Assembly: GCF_018977255.1 (NCBI RefSeq)
Contig: NW_024704743.1
Location: 102,798,001 to 102,862,000, forward strand
Direction: 5' to 3'
DNA: 64,000 bases
Source of the DNA: Callorhinchus milii
Taxonomy: Eukaryota
The translations under genes were made by a program, and so were the position numbers. Under the pieces are notes generated by a model that saw only the letters and a list, made by a program, of their open reading frames with translations, did not search any database and was not told where the DNA came from. How positions within the stretch are numbered: the first letter of the stretch is position 1; every line of letters begins with the position of its first letter. This document shows, in pieces, positions 12,291 to 27,580 of this stretch.

Positions 12291-13125
12291 TCTTTTGTTT
12301 GACTTAGACTATTCTTTCGGTTACCTTTCCCTCTGCTTCCCCCCACCTCTGGAACTCCTGCCCCCTCAGCTCAGGCAGGTGTGTCAAGCCCTTTTGAGAC
12401 ATCCTCCTGATGTGATAGGCACCGTATGAAGGTATATTGTCATTGTTGTACACATGTAATCATTACACCTTTACAGTAAAATCCTATGAAGCTCGTTGAG
12501 ATGTGTTAGTGCTGTGATAAGGTGCTTTATTAAATGTAAGGATCTTTATTATTTAAATCTCCTGGAGGCATTTTTTTTAAATCAGGATGTACACTAAAAA
12601 AAATTTGCACCCAACATGTACCACATATTGTGTCAGCTTTTAGACTTTGACATTTAATTAAAGTAAACAAAGCCCCCGGGTCAGATGAACTATATCTTGC
12701 AAATGTGGTTCCTGAATTCAAGAAAGTGAGATATCTGGGGACTACAGACCCATTAACTTGATTGGAATAGAATGAAAAGGAATGGAATTAATTATTAGAA
12801 GGAAAATGTAAATGTAAACTATCTGTACGAAAGGATCCTGGCAAATCAGAAACTGATTAATGTTGTAGTGGGAGGACAGCTGGGTGGCATTCTGGAGGAT
12901 GAGATTAACCGCTTGTAGGGCCCTCTTCATTCAGACTGCTCTTGTGATCTTTATCCATTGCTGTGTTGCATAAATTGATGGTGAAGATGTTTTTTTTTAA
13001 GATGAATAGTAATGATTTCCAGGTTAACCTCAGGCATACATACACTGCCCTTGGGCTTACAAAAAATGCATTGCCCTCATGTGTACACAGTACGCACATT
13101 GATCATGTGTGTACAGTACATACAT

Positions 13126-13462
13126 AATAATAACAATCCTTGCATTTGATATAGCGCATTATCACATCTTTGAGACATCTCAAAGAACTTCTCAGAATAT
13201 ACTGTAAAGTGAATTGACTGTATATTTTGTGGGCGAAACACATTAGCCAATTGCACACAGCAGTGTCCCACAAACAGTCGTGTATTAAGTGACCCATTTA
13301 TTATTTTTTTTGAAGGAATTATTAAACCCAGGAAAGCGATCTGCCAATTGATTAATAATTGTGTTCCTACTTACACTTAGGTAAATAGAGGCGTGTGGAA
13401 TAAGGACACTTGCCCAACGTTTCACCCTGTCGGGAATCAAACCCAGGTCTCTTGTGAGACGA
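13126..13462 (-). mobile_element. tRNA(Ala) Deu SINE, long subfamily, 5'-truncated
   Basis: (AAT)n-CCTTGCATTTGATATAGCGC tail, Deu core, long-form insert and partial head. Confidence 0.85.
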
Positions 13463-14781
13463 ATGCTGTGCACACTAGGCAAGATCATACACACATGCAT
13501 CATGTGTACACAGTACATGCCTTAAGACCTTCCTTTTTGATTGTGCTTACGGTCACCCCGCTCCTCCCTCTCCCCCTGGCGCGGGGTCAAACTTTGACAC
13601 TGTCAAACGCTCCAAGACTCTACCCACCCCATGAAAGGCGCTATATAAATTTGTTGTTGTTGTTGATCATGTGTATACAATACACACATTGAACTTGTGT
13701 AAACAGTATATACATTGACCTATAGAGACACACAGTATACATTGTAGAGTGAGTATGTTGCTTATTGCAGTGGAGTATGAACTATTAACTCTTAACCTAT
13801 TTTTAAGCAATCCTCTTTGGTAACTTTTGGACAACTTGTGGCATTCTACTGAGTGTAAGCACATTTCAGATGTTTTTCAACGTGTGCTCTCCAGGGGCAA
13901 ATTGCAAGGATAGTGACATTGCAATGACTTATTTGGCAATGAATGGAAGGGCAAAAATGATAATATAGTACAGTGTATAATCCCCGATGGGCAGACACCA
14001 TAAAGAAAGTCAATGACAAATTCCCCAAAAACAATGTCTGGTCAAAATATCCCAAAAGATATCCACTACTTGACATTTGTAATAAATGTAAACCTTGTCT
14101 ATGTAAAAGTATGTGTGTTGTTTCCCGCTAGGGTTATGGCAGACTAACACACATTTTGATGCACAGTGACAGCTTTTATCCATTTTAAAAAGTCTGTAGC
14201 AGACAAGACACATGGAATATCCTTCGGAAAACTTGCAGAAAATCAACATTAAGTACTTGGAAATTGTACCTTAGAACTTCGTTAAGCCAAATGTAAAAGT
14301 ACTTTTCTAGCTCACAGTCCAGGCTGATACCCCAGTGCAGTGTTGGGGCTGGGCTATATTGCTGGAGGTGGCAGCCTTTGGATTAAACCAAGATCCCATC
14401 TATCTGTTCAAGTGGACATTAAAGATTCCATTGTACTTTCAAAATGTACATTTTTGAAAAGGAATAGTATTATAATTTGCATCAATCCATGGGTCGCCCG
14501 CTTCAGTAATCAATTGTGTCAGTGTAATTCCTGAGGGTTAGAGGGGAAACTTTCAGTGAAGAAATGTCCCATTAACACAATGCGGATTCCTGATTTCAAA
14601 ATTCTTTTAAAAATCCAGTATTATAGACCTCCATCATGCAAAAATAAACCTTGTTTCGAGCAGGGGAAAATGTGAGATTCGTTTTGAAGGGTTGGCATTA
14701 CTGTATATATGTACTTTTTGGTAAGGTATTAGGAATACATTTAGTTATCAATATTAAAAGCAAATACTAAGATTAAAGTAT

Positions 14782-14950
14782 CATAAGAGCATAAGAAACG
14801 CTAGACGAAAAAAGACAAAGGTCCATCTAGTTCGCGTTCCATCATCCTGGCTGTCGCATGCACATATGTCCCAAACTACCTATGTACTATATCCCATAAT
14901 GTTATTTCCGAAAAGAAAACGATCTCATCTGTGTTTGAAAGAATCAACAC
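14782..14950 (-). mobile_element. CR1-clade 3' end
   Basis: Near copy of 5510-5680. Confidence 0.7.
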
Positions 14951-15456
14951 TTAAATTCAATTCAGAGTTTTCAGTCATAGGAACTCATTATTTTAATTTG
15001 CCTTTGATAATTATGACCTTTATTTCTAAATCTTTACCTGATTAATTCATGATTCTTTCAAATCCACAATCTAATTAATATTTGGCTGTATATTCACAAA
15101 TAATGTATAAGCTGCATTTTTCCCGCAATTTATTTTCTTCCAAATCAATAAAAGCGAGTCTATCGTGCAAATGCAGATTGAAATTTGCACTTTAAAACTG
15201 ACACAATTTCCAAAATTAAATTCAAAAGACTATTGTAACATGCTAAATAAAACGATTTGCCAGAAGTTGTTCAGAGTCACTTTTCCCAAAAGGCATATGA
15301 GAGCTCTTTCCAATGTTGAAAGCACAGAATCTATTTTTAATCCATACTATTTCACAATTCCAAACATAAAATAATGCTTGTCATTTGATTGATGAAGCAA
15401 CTGAAGGTTCTAATACATAATAAAGACACAGCCTTATTATGCATAATAAAGACACA

Positions 15457-16870
15457 TCATAGAATCATAGAATTATACAGCACAGAAGGAGGACATTCAG
15501 CCCATCGTGTCTGTGCCAGCTCTTTGTAAAGAGCTATCCAATTCAATCCTACTCTGCCACTCTCTTCCCATAGCCTTGCAAACTTGTCCTCCCCAAATAT
15601 CTATCTACTTTTCTCTTAAAAGTTGTCATTGAATCAGCTTCCACCATCTTTTCAGGCAATGCATTCCAGATCCGAACAACTCACTCTGTGAAAACATTTC
15701 TCCTCACTCCCCTGTTTCTTTTAACAACTATTTTAATTTGGTGTCCTCGGGTTACCGACGCCCCCCCGCCAGTGGAAATAGTTTCTTCTTGTTCACCCTA
15801 TCGAATCCCCTCATAACTTTGAAAATGTCTATTAAGGTTCCTCTTAACCTTCTCTGCTCCAAGGAGAATAATCCTACCTTCTCTCGCCTTGCCTGATAAC
15901 TGAAGTCCCTCATTTCTGGTACCACCCTGGTAAATCTCCTTTGCACCCTCCAATGCCTTGACATTCTTCCTAAATTGTGGTGCCCCGAACTGAACCAAGC
16001 ACTCTAGATGAGGCTTAATCAGTGTTTTATAAAGGTTCATCATAACTTCCTGACTTTTGTATTCTATGCCCCTATTTATAAAGCCTAGTATCAAGTATGC
16101 TTTTTTAACAGGTTTTTCTACCTGTCCTGCCACCTTCAAATATTTACTTATATGAACCCCCAGGTCTCTCTGTTCCTTCACCCCCTTTAAGATTGTACCA
16201 TCTAGCTGATACTGCTCCTCATTCTTCCTCCCAAAGTGCATCACTTGCATTTCTCCACATTAAACTTTATCTGCCAATTGTCTGCCCATTTTACCAGTGT
16301 GTCTATGTCCATTTGCAGTCTGCTACTATCCTCCTCACTGTTTACTACTTTTCCCAGCTTAGTATGCTTTGCAAACTTGGAAATTGTACTCCCTATACCC
16401 AAGTCCAGATCATTTATATAGATCAAAAACAGCTGTGGTCCCAATACTGACCCCATGGAACCACACTGCACACTTCCCCCAGTCAGAAAAATAACTGTTC
16501 ACCATAATCTCTGCTTTCTGTCCCCCAGCCAGTTCTGTATCCATGCTGCCACTGTCCCTTTCATACCGTGGGCTTCTATTTTGCTTACAAGTCTCTTATG
16601 TGGCATTTTATCAAAAATCTTTTGAAAATCCATATACACTACATCAACTGCACTATCTTCATCCACCCTCTCCTTTATTTCATCAATAAACTCTATCAGG
16701 TTTGTTAGACATGATTTGCATTTAATAGATCCATATTGACTGTCCTTTATTAATCCATATTTTTCTAAGTTAAATTTTATTTTATTTATTTCCTTTTTCA
16801 GTTCTCCTCTGTACTTTCTATATTCTGTTTGATTATCTTCTGACATCCTATTGACATCTTTTTTTTCCTG
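15457..16870 (-). mobile_element. CR1-clade LINE, decayed ORF2 RT region with internal deletion
   Basis: Minus-strand KSCLTNLIEF, VDVVYMDFQK.FDK.PH, GSVLGPQLFLIYINDLD, ISKFA..TKL and LFSLEQRRLRG; 3' octamer tail (ATTCTATG)n. EYRKYRGELKKEI is joined directly to the RT start. Confidence 0.92.
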
Positions 16871-18469
16871 TTGATGTAGGTAAAGATGAAGTTCAGAGCT
16901 GCCAAATAAACCTGCAGTCATCCTATACTTCTGTATATACAGTTGCTCCAATCCTTACCTCTGAAATTGCATCCCTCTACCCCTTTGTCGTACACCTCAC
17001 AATCTCTCTTTAAATCACACCTAAAAATCTATCTCTTCAACTGAATTGATGGTCATCTCCCACTTCTCTACTGCTTGTTTTCTAACCCTGTATTTGTGAA
17101 GTTATCCTAGATGTCATCCTATATGAAGGGTGCTATTTAATGTAATTTTCTGTTGTTTTTGTATGGATGATAAGTCTGTGATCATTGATGCTATTTAAGG
17201 GCCACATATCAATCACAAGATTGGTTCAGAAGAAGACATTTCCGTCCATTTGATCTAATCCTCCAGAACAACCACCCTTCCATCCCATCAAATCATCAAA
17301 CTCATTTTTTAAGTGAGGCCAGGGTCCTGGGAACCTATTCCTGTCATTAATTACCCTTAATTAGAAACATTTCCTGATGTCTGTCCTGATATTGCACACT
17401 AAACCTTTTCATCTTGTCCTATTGTCTTGTTACAATCTAAAGTATTGTTCAGCATTTTTTTCGAATCCCATTTTAAATTTTACACACCTCTATAAGGTTC
17501 CTCTGAGTTTAATGTCTGGGGATCTGAACTCAACTGAACAGCATCTGTTTACCTCTTGGATATTGCAGCCTTGCATTATTTTCACATGGTGAGTGATAAG
17601 TAAACTAACATCCCTAGATCTCTTTCAGCTTCCCCTTGGAAAATTTTCTGTGATCCATACAGTCCTTTTCCCAGCGAAATTGGTATATTTATCTGTATCA
17701 ACCCATGTGCATATTCCAGCAAGCACTCTTTGTAAGACCTTAGCTGCCTCCTCTGATTCTACAATTCCCCCAACTCTGTGTCATTTCCAAAATTAACCAT
17801 CTTATATCTTCTAAAATTAACTGTGAGCTAGAAAAGTCTGCAAATCCAAGTCATTAATGTATAGAGGAAGAGGAGGTGTCGCAGTATAGACCCCAGAGGC
17901 ACCACACTTATTACCTACCCGCATACGAAACAAAGAAATAATTTACATCCCACCTGTCTAACTACATTCTTTGATCGGCTGGCTCAGGATCCTGCACTCC
18001 CCCCGACCCCTATGCTCCACATTCGTGCTTTAGCTACTATGCTCAAACCTTGCAACTCTCTGGCTCAATCCCTCCACCTTGCCCCCTCTTTACTCATCTT
18101 TGTACCTCGTACCTCAAGACTTTCATCTTCAATTGTGCCTGTGGTCACCTCCTGTTTCTCCCAGCTGAGCGTCAAATTCTTCCATTGTCAGTGCTCCAAG
18201 ACCCTCAATCTATCTTACTGATATCTAAGAAGAACTCTTTGCATGTAAAGCTTAACTTGAGTACAGTACTCTACTAACTGGTATAATTTTTTTTACCGTT
18301 ATCAAAGAGCTAGTTATGTGATTGGCTTTATAATAACACAAATAATGTTTGTTTAAATGTTCTCGGATTTCTAGGCTTTCTTCAGGGACTAGAGACAAAA
18401 TTAGTTTGCACTGCCTGCATATCCCAGGAAACTCTCTTTGTAAGGCCTTTGCCATGTCCTTGGATTCCT

Positions 18470-18672
18470 CAAGAAAAAAATAATAAAATTGGTCTCTTTA
18501 ATCCACAACAGTTTGTTGGACACTGCTGTGCACAATTGGCTGCCCCATTTCGCCTACAAATCTACAGTCAATTGACTTTATAGTATATTCTATGAAGCGC
18601 TTTGAGACGTCTAGAAGATGTGAAAAGCACTATATCAGATGCAAGGGTTATTATTATTATTATTATTATTAT
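18470..18672 (+). mobile_element. tRNA(Ala) Deu SINE, 3' half
   Basis: Deu core, GAAGCGCTTTGAGACGTCTAGAAG tail and (TTA)n. Confidence 0.8.
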
Positions 18673-21329
18673 ACTGACGTATCCATTATTCTGATTTGAT
18701 TTATCTATCTGGGTTAGAGGAGGTGCAGAGAAATTTACACAGCGCACATAATAAACCTCTATGTCTAAAATAATTTTTGTATTTGATACAGTGCCTATAT
18801 CGTAGATCACAATGCGCTTCATGAGTAATTGCTGTCAAGTGTCATGATTGACATGTAATGGTATACGAGTAAGACCGAGTTAAAACACACACATGCAACT
18901 TAAGCTACGTTTTATGTTGATCCTCAACTTTTGCTAGAATTAAATCATACAACCAGAATTGTTCAAAATTCTTTGCTGAATATCATCGGTATCTCTGTCA
19001 CAGAATGCAGAGTAATATTTCAGTATAATACTCTGTGAATTATATTACTGTAATTTTTTTATATTTGATATAGTACCTTTCACACCAGAAGAATGTTTCA
19101 AACTATTTTACATTGTAGTACCTGTGTGTTTTGAGAGTGAATGTGACAGCCAATTGGCACACAGCAATGTCCCACAAATAGCCATCAAGTGAATGACTAA
19201 TTTTATCTGGAGGATTGTTAGTCAATGTGAGCATGAATATGCGTATACAAAATACAAGGGGGTGGGTTCAATGGATAGTTTGCTACTTGCTGTATACGAT
19301 TTATGATTGACTCATGAACCATTTGTCTTCATTGAATTACAGTGCGCATACTGGGAAAGTGGAACGGTTATCTGTTTCAAAGTTTTATGCAAGATTTCAC
19401 ACATATGTATGTTTACAACAACAGTGTTCTTTCTGTGGAGAACTGTACAGAATAATTTAATACTAATAAAAATAGAATCTAAAACCCATATCCTGGACAT
19501 AACTCACTCTCCTGAGAAGATGACAGCATGGTTTGTTGACATCTATAACAGTGCAGACAAAGCAGCATTTAAACTGCTAACATCTTCATCGACTACCCGT
19601 AGAGCTCTGGCACAATTTAGCTAGCAGGTGGATTCCCTCCTTCATGTTTTACAAACACCTGTTTAGCAGATGCCCTTTAAGACAAGCATGAAGGTAATCA
19701 AAGGGGAGGAGAAGAAAGCAGGTAGGCAATGGGCCAACATGGAAGCACATATCTGGGCATAATCAATTCCTGATTTATCCTTTGCTAGATGGAATAACTA
19801 AGGAATATTTAAAAGATTATGAAGAAATCATATAAATTGGTATCTAGTTTCTATTTATCAAATTGTTGCTTTTAGAGCTTTTAGGTGTTGAAATCGGACA
19901 GTTACAACACAAAAACTGTTGAGGGAAATTTACGACATCCATGTGATAATTATCACCAGCAATAGTTATGATATCAAGCATTGCAATATTAACCCCACTG
20001 TTTCATATAGGTAATCAAACACAAGAAACGTAAAAAATAATAATTCTGCAATATAAACTTAAATATTTTCAACATATCCCGCAATATCCTGGACAGGAAA
20101 TAGTCATTAGATCTTCCTTCCCACATACCACACACAATGTCTCAATCAGTTTATCTGAGAGAAATTTCTGCGAAACTCTCTGCTCTTTCTCCACATGGAT
20201 GAATATTTTGGATTTTTTCAGAATTTTCCCTAAGGAAAATAAGTACAGTATATCCATTATTCAAGCTTTGCACAGATGATGTTACCAAGACACCAGCAGT
20301 ACAATAAATATTATCTTCCATGAAGTGTCGGATTTGGAGGAATTTCAGATGGGCGGTAATTCTGTGTCATTTTAGCTCGTCCTTTGGAGTCATCTACTCT
20401 AGTTATTTTTCTCTTTCCTCTATACTAATAGGAGCAGGCATTCTTTCAACTCAGATCCTATTAACCTGCAAGGCAAAGCCAAATGGGTAGAGTGATCTTA
20501 GCTGAACAAGCAGCAGGAAGCTTGACAGATGGTGCTTTCAATGGCAAGTTATATGGTAAGGCAGGGTACATTCCTCTAGTGCACACTCCATTCTAGACAT
20601 AGGAAAATGTACATGTGTACGTATTATACATATGTGAATCTTTGTCTGGTTAGATACTCCAGGATGCTAGCATTCAATATGTATCAGATATGAATCTGAC
20701 CAAAACAATAAAAATTCTCTTATGTCCTTTTACATTTCCATTCTTCAAATATATTTCTGACTCACTTTTAACTGTCGTATTTAACTTAGCTTGTGATCAC
20801 TATAAATTTTAATTCTATCCTTACCAAAGGCAACGGAAGAATGAGATCAAATGGACTGAGGGGTCTTCTTCACCCGAACTGAGTTTTGCAATTTATCTAG
20901 TTTATTTCAAGGAATTAATCGGCATGTCATTAATTGCCTCGCTGGGAATTTTTCCACAAATCCATTGAACTATAGAAATGAAGCTAAACTCTCATCTTGA
21001 TTGAGGCTTGTGACTTTTTTTAACTTGTAACCTATCATGCTGCATTCACTTTCCTGTTAAAGAGTTCCCTGCTTACGTATTATCTACATTATCCAAGCCA
21101 GCATTTTAAAGACTTGGACCATGATCACTCTCTTATTCCCATGTTTACAATTAGAAATCTTGAACTTTTAGATTGTTTGTTCATGAAGAAATAAACAAAC
21201 AAAAAAGGAGATTAGGGAAGCCAAGAAAGAACTGGAAATAGACATTGAGGTGAATGGTATGCTAAATTTAAAAGAATCTTTCAATAGTACAGCAGTATGA
21301 GGATAGTCAGGAAAGACTTTAAAATGTCT

Positions 21330-22875
21330 AACAACAACAACAAGATTACATTTGTATAGCGCCTTTCACGTCGGGAAAATGTCCCAAAGTGCTGGACAGA
21401 GTACAGCATTTCAGACCCGAGTTGGGGTCAGGGGGGAGAAGGGAGGGGAAGGGAAGGGGGGTGACCAATGGCATGGTCGAAGAGGAGGGTCTTGCGGCGG
21501 GACTTGAAGGAGGCTAAGGAGGGTACGAGGCGGAGTGATTGGGGGATGGAGTTCCAGAGGCTGGGGTAGAGTGGCTGAAGGCTCTCCCGCCAATGGTGGG
21601 GCGGGTGGGTTGGGGGACGTGGAGCAGACTGGAGCCGGCTGAGCGGAGGGAGTGAGCAGGTTGGTAAGGGTTTAGAAAGTTGCAGAGATAGGGTGGGGAG
21701 AGACCATTGAGGGCTTTGTAGGTGAGGACCAGGATTTTGAACTAGATCCTCTGAAGGATAGGGAGCCAATGGAGTTGGACGAGAGTGTGGGAGATGGGGT
21801 CACTGAGTTTGGTTCGGGAGAGGACACGGACTGCAGAGTTCTGGATTATCTGCAGCCTGTGGAGGGAGGAGTTGGGAAGGCCAACAAGCAGAGTTTTTGC
21901 ATAGTCGAGCCTGGAGTGATGAAGGCATGAACTCTTGTTCATGACACTCTTGACATCTGGCGGAGTCAGGCAATGTTACGGAGGTGAGGGAAGGCAGAGC
22001 GGGTCATGGCTTGAATGCGGGGAAGAAAAGACAGTTGAGGGTCGAACAAGACACCTAGGTTCCTAACTGGCTTGGTGAGTTGTAGTGTGCAACCATGGAG
22101 GTTGAGGCTGCCAGAGCCTGAGGTGCTGTGGCGCTGGCACTAGCCAATCAAGAGGGCCTCAGTCTTGTTCATATTCAGCTGTAGGAAGTTTACCCTCATT
22201 CAGGACTTGATGTACGACAGGCAGTTTGTCAGGACAGCAGTGATCCTGAAGTTGAGGGTGGAGGCAGAAAGATAGGGTGTCATCCGCATACATATGGAAG
22301 TTGACCCCATGTCTGTGGATGATGTCACCAAGGAGGAGCATATAGATATTAAAGAGGAGAGGGCCAAGGACAGAGCCCTGGAGGATGCCAGACGTGACAG
22401 TGCGGGTACTGGAGGAGAAACCGTTAGAGGCAATAAAGTGGAGAAGGTGAGAGAGATAGGAATGGAACCAGGCAAGGGCAGGGCCGTGAACATCAAGTAA
22501 GGAGGAGAGCCGGTGTATGAGAATGGAGTGGTCGAGAGTGTCGAAGGCGGCAGAGAGGTCGAGGAGGACAAGGAGGCAGAGGGAGCCCTGATCACAGATG
22601 TTCAGAATGTCATTAGTGACTTTGACCAGGGCTCAGGGCTGTTTCCGTGCTGTGGGCAGCGCGGAAGCTGGATTGGAGGGGTTCAAAGAGGAAACAGTGA
22701 GAGAGAAAGGAGCGGAGCTGGGAAGCGATGACTCATTCCAAAACCTTGGAGAGGAATGGGAGGTTAGAGATGGGGCGGTAGTTGGAGAGGAGGGATGGGT
22801 CCAGTGGAAGGTTTTTTCAGGATGGGGGTCTAAGAGATTCAAATGGGTGGAAAAGAAGATGAGCAGGAGATAATG
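21330..22875 (-). mobile_element. L2 LINE, ~1.5 kb 3' portion
   Basis: Minus-strand [18 protein letters not shown] and SRLDYAKTLLVGLPNSS; (CAA)n tail at 21330. Same subfamily as 58456-60134. Confidence 0.92.
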
Positions 22876-22885
22876 AACATGTTAA

Positions 22886-23253
22886 ATAAATAATAATAAT
22901 CCTTGCATTTGATATAGTGCTTTTCATGTCTTCTATATGTCTCAAAGTGCTTCATAGAATATACTATAAAATTAATTGACTGTGTATTTGTGGGCGAAAT
23001 GCGGCAGCCAATTGCATACAGCCGTGTCCCACAAACAGTCATGGATTAAGTGACCAAATTATTATTTTTTTAAGGATTATTATCCCCAGAAAAGCAATCC
23101 GCCAATCAACTAATAACCAGGTTCCTACTTACTGCTAGGTAAACAGAGGCATGTGGAGTAAGGAAACTTGCCCAACATTTCCCTCTGCCAGGAATTGAAC
23201 CCAGATATCTCACTTATGAGGTGAGTGCTCTAATCACTGAGCTACAGGACTTC
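22886..23253 (-). mobile_element. tRNA(Ala) Deu SINE, long subfamily, full length
   Basis: Head, long insert (CTGTTTACCTAGCAGTAAGTAGGAACCTGG), Deu core and (ATT)n tail. Confidence 0.88.
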
Positions 23254-25053
23254 ACAACAGCTACTTCCTGGAATTTTTTTTTACCATGGAGGACACTAAA
23301 ATACATCAAAATCCAACACTTATTCATGAAAACATCCTGCCATTCTATATTGCTTTTTGAATTTTTCAAGTAATCAATCTCTCTTATATTCATTCTTTGA
23401 CCCCACAGCTTCAAGCGGTCAGCATTTTTTGCAATAATATAAGTACTCTGTTCCATATTGTTTATAAATAGCACACCAAACAACAGGAAACAGTCTTGAA
23501 CTTTTATTAGGCACAGAAGATTTTCTATTTGTCACCTACGTCTTGCTAGGACAATTTACAATCCACAAAATTAATTTGTCATCAATTAAATTAACCTTGA
23601 AGACATTATATACAAAACATAATAGAAATTCTTGGTGAAATTCCAAGAAAATTATATCCCATTGGCAGCCTGAGTCCATTCAATTTAGTTATAACCCTCA
23701 AAGAATTGCTTCTAATATCATGTGGAACTCCACTTCTGGCTTATGCAATGTTTAGGTGAGCACTGGTAGCATCTTGTATAATGCTCTTAGCATTTTCCCA
23801 ACCCCTAATTGATGTACATTTATTTGGTTCACATTTTACTCTTGCTTTGATAATTGAGATCACATCCATTATCCTCCAGTATTTAAGTATATCTCTTGTA
23901 TTCCACAAATCTCCTTGTCTTGTTCCTTTTCCCTGCATTGAAAACCCTGTAAAAAAAAGCCAATCATTTGCCCTCATTGTTATAGGGATGTGAAATGCCC
24001 TATCGAGTATATGGTAGAGGCAGAGTCCAAAGCTGGTTTCAAGGGCAAAAGGTAAATGATAAAGATAAAGAATTATAAAGACTTGACCTGATTTGGAGAT
24101 AGTGTGAGGCAGTAGCAAGTTCCTTGCACGATCCCCAAACAGGGTCAACTCTTTTCAAATTGGCTGCTGCGTTCACTTACAAAATACAATCACCACATTT
24201 TACATTAAATCCTGTGATATGCTTTGAAATGTTTCAACAATGTAATAAGGCATTTAAATTCAAATACAATTATTATTATTTTAACTTATGGTCAAATGTC
24301 CTTAAGATGTATAACATGACTTGCTTAACAGTTAACTAATGCCCTGCTCATCTACAGATACACAGTGACTACACTTCACAGTAAATCCTGTAACGGACGT
24401 TGAGAAAACACCTTGACATCAAATTCAAGGACTACTTCTTTATATTGAAATTCCCTTCTCAATACAGCAACAACAACAACAACAACAAGATTCCACTTAT
24501 AGAGCGCCTTTCACGTCGGCAGGACATCCCAGCACAGTCTTACTCGTGAGGACATTCATAATATATGAAGCTTTCTCAGCTTGGACACTTAAGCAAATCT
24601 AATGTGCTAATGTGGAATTTTGTATTGTTTTTTAATTGTAATTTCTTTTCATTTTGAATTATAACTCATTTTTAATCTGGAAACAGGTGGTCGCTGATTT
24701 TCAACTCGCACAATGCAGAACATTTATTTGCCAAAACCCATTTGCTTTAACAATAGTTGATGTCAACTTTCATTATTATCATTTGCACCATTGTTTATAC
24801 CAGTGTTGATGTGATTTATATGTGATAAAATTTGTGCAAAATAAGATTTTTAAACATAATATGGATTACACAATAACAATTTACCATTACAATGCCTTTC
24901 ATGTTGGGAGGATGTCTCAAAGCACTTAAAACAACTGACTGGATAGTATGATTGCAAGAGGTCGCACAGGTGGGGCGAGGATGTGGAGGAATTTGAACAT
25001 GAAGATGAATACCTTGATGTTCAGGCTGCTTTTTACAGTTTTCTGTTGTCTCA

Positions 25054-25386
<333 letters not shown>

Positions 25387-25954
25387 TTAAAATATTCAAG
25401 CTTCAATGAGTATCATGCATCAACAATTGGCATCTTTAAATAACAAACAATTTTGTTTCCTTTTAATGCAATCTGATGCAAATCGCCCGAACCAGGATTA
25501 CATATTTTTCCAGTTATTTTGACACAGTCTGCATTGCATGCGTCACTTGGAGAAAAACAGGTCATTTCACTTTGAATTGAAAGTTTTGAGCAAATTGATC
25601 ATTTCAAGCTTTCAATTTGAATGCAAAAGTGTTGATATGAATCAAACGTTCCCCTTTCTCTTCTTCCGCCAGAAAAATATTGATAGAACTTCAAAACAGG
25701 GGAAAACTAGATCCTTGGTGAATACCTCCTTGGCAACAGATCCACTTGGTGAAGCTTTCACTGGACTTACTGAGGAAATAAAATTCATTTATTCAACACA
25801 TAACTGTGGACAATTCATCAAACTGATAATCTGGAGGAGCAGATGTACACTATCATAACCATTGCAGAGAAAAAGCCCAAGAGAGTGGTTGAAAGATAAA
25901 AATAAGCAGAAAATAGGGGAAGAAAATTGATCCACAATATAAGGAACACAATTC

Positions 25955-26092
25955 CTAGGGAGGACAAGTTTGCAGGGCTATGGGGAGAGAGCGGGAGAGT
26001 GGGATTGATTTGGATAGCTCTTTTCAAAGAGCTGGCACATGCCCAATGGGCCGAATGACCTCCTGTGCTGTATAATTCTATGATTCTATGAA
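25955..26092 (+). mobile_element. CR1-clade 3' terminus
   Basis: Reverse complement of 15457-15595; ends TTCTATGATTCTATGA. Confidence 0.8.
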
Positions 26093-26602
26093 TTGATAGA
26101 TTATGGAACTGAAAAGTCATGAGGGAGGGCAATGTAGTCGAGACACATTTTTCTCCATGACTTTAACTTTTTCTGCCCTTAGATACAGCAGAGTCTCAAA
26201 AGGCCAGTAGACAGGTAGGTAAGGAGGAAACAGACTTGGAAGAATTGGCAGAGGAGTTAACTGAAAATTAGTGCAGAGATGTAACCTGGCCCCTTCCTGG
26301 TGTCTATGACTCAGTTGGATGCCACACAATGCCTCCTCTGAACCATCATCAGATCAATTCTCAATTTTTGCATTGCCACAATATAGACTCTTACTGTTTA
26401 ATTGATTAGACTAATATTATTATCATTGCATACAAACTAATTCCCGGATTTTTCATTCTTCATCTTAAAATGTCTAATTTTATCTTCCTCACTTCAGCTG
26501 GCTTCAACACTTCAATGGCACAACATTTTTTAGGTTACTAGACATTACTTCACGTGAATTGTGCTAAAAATGTAAATTGCTGTTAATTATCTTAATGGGC
26601 TA

Positions 26603-26863
<261 letters not shown>

Positions 26864-27429
26864 TCAAGGAGATATTCTTTTCCAATATTCGCAACTCCCT
26901 GGGGTTTAGCACCATAAACTATCTGTTACCGAATACATTCCAAACAAAGCATTTGAACAGTGTCCACAGGCTTAATGCCTCCTTGTGTTTTCAACTCGCT
27001 TGTTGTGGTTTTCTTTGGCCATTCGTTGAAAGAAAACAAATACTTATTACTTGAACCCTCTTGCACACAGTAATCTAAACTAGTAAAATGCTTCCACCGA
27101 TCATGATGATGAGTTTAGTTGTATCTGAATTGCAAATTAGCAATTTGTTGTGAATCTCCAACTCCATTCCATTAGGTGAAAAAATAAATTAATACAGCAC
27201 TACTTGGAACTGAGGATAAGTACTCTCGGCTCCTGCCCTCAAGAATGTTTGAGATATAGTACAGGAAGATTCTTTGAGCTGGAATAAATGCCCACCTGGA
27301 ATTTCCTGCTGTTATCCATGATGAATGCATTAATTTAACGTCATTCCCTGCATGAACTTACTCTGGGCTTGTTCAGTACACACCTTACATCAAATCATAA
27401 ATGTGTTCTATGCATTCAAGTCTTCCACT

Positions 27430-27580
27430 CTTTTCTGTCCCTTTCCTTCTTCCTCTAACCCTTCTTTCCTGCCTTTTGCACTCTCTCCCTCCCTTGCTTG
27501 CTCTCCAAACACTCTCCCACCCTTTCACTTCCACTCTTCTCTCTCTCTCACCCTCCCTTCTTATCTCCCTCTCTCTTGAT
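27430..27580. repeat. Pyrimidine-rich (CT) low-complexity tract
   Basis: Nearly all C/T with short (CT)n runs. Confidence 0.7.

Noticed and set aside
15752..16951. Several RT-like ORFs as a possible functional or domesticated gene
   Set aside because: Frameshifted CR1 ORF2 with a mutated catalytic motif (FAKHTKL instead of FADDTKL) and an internal deletion.
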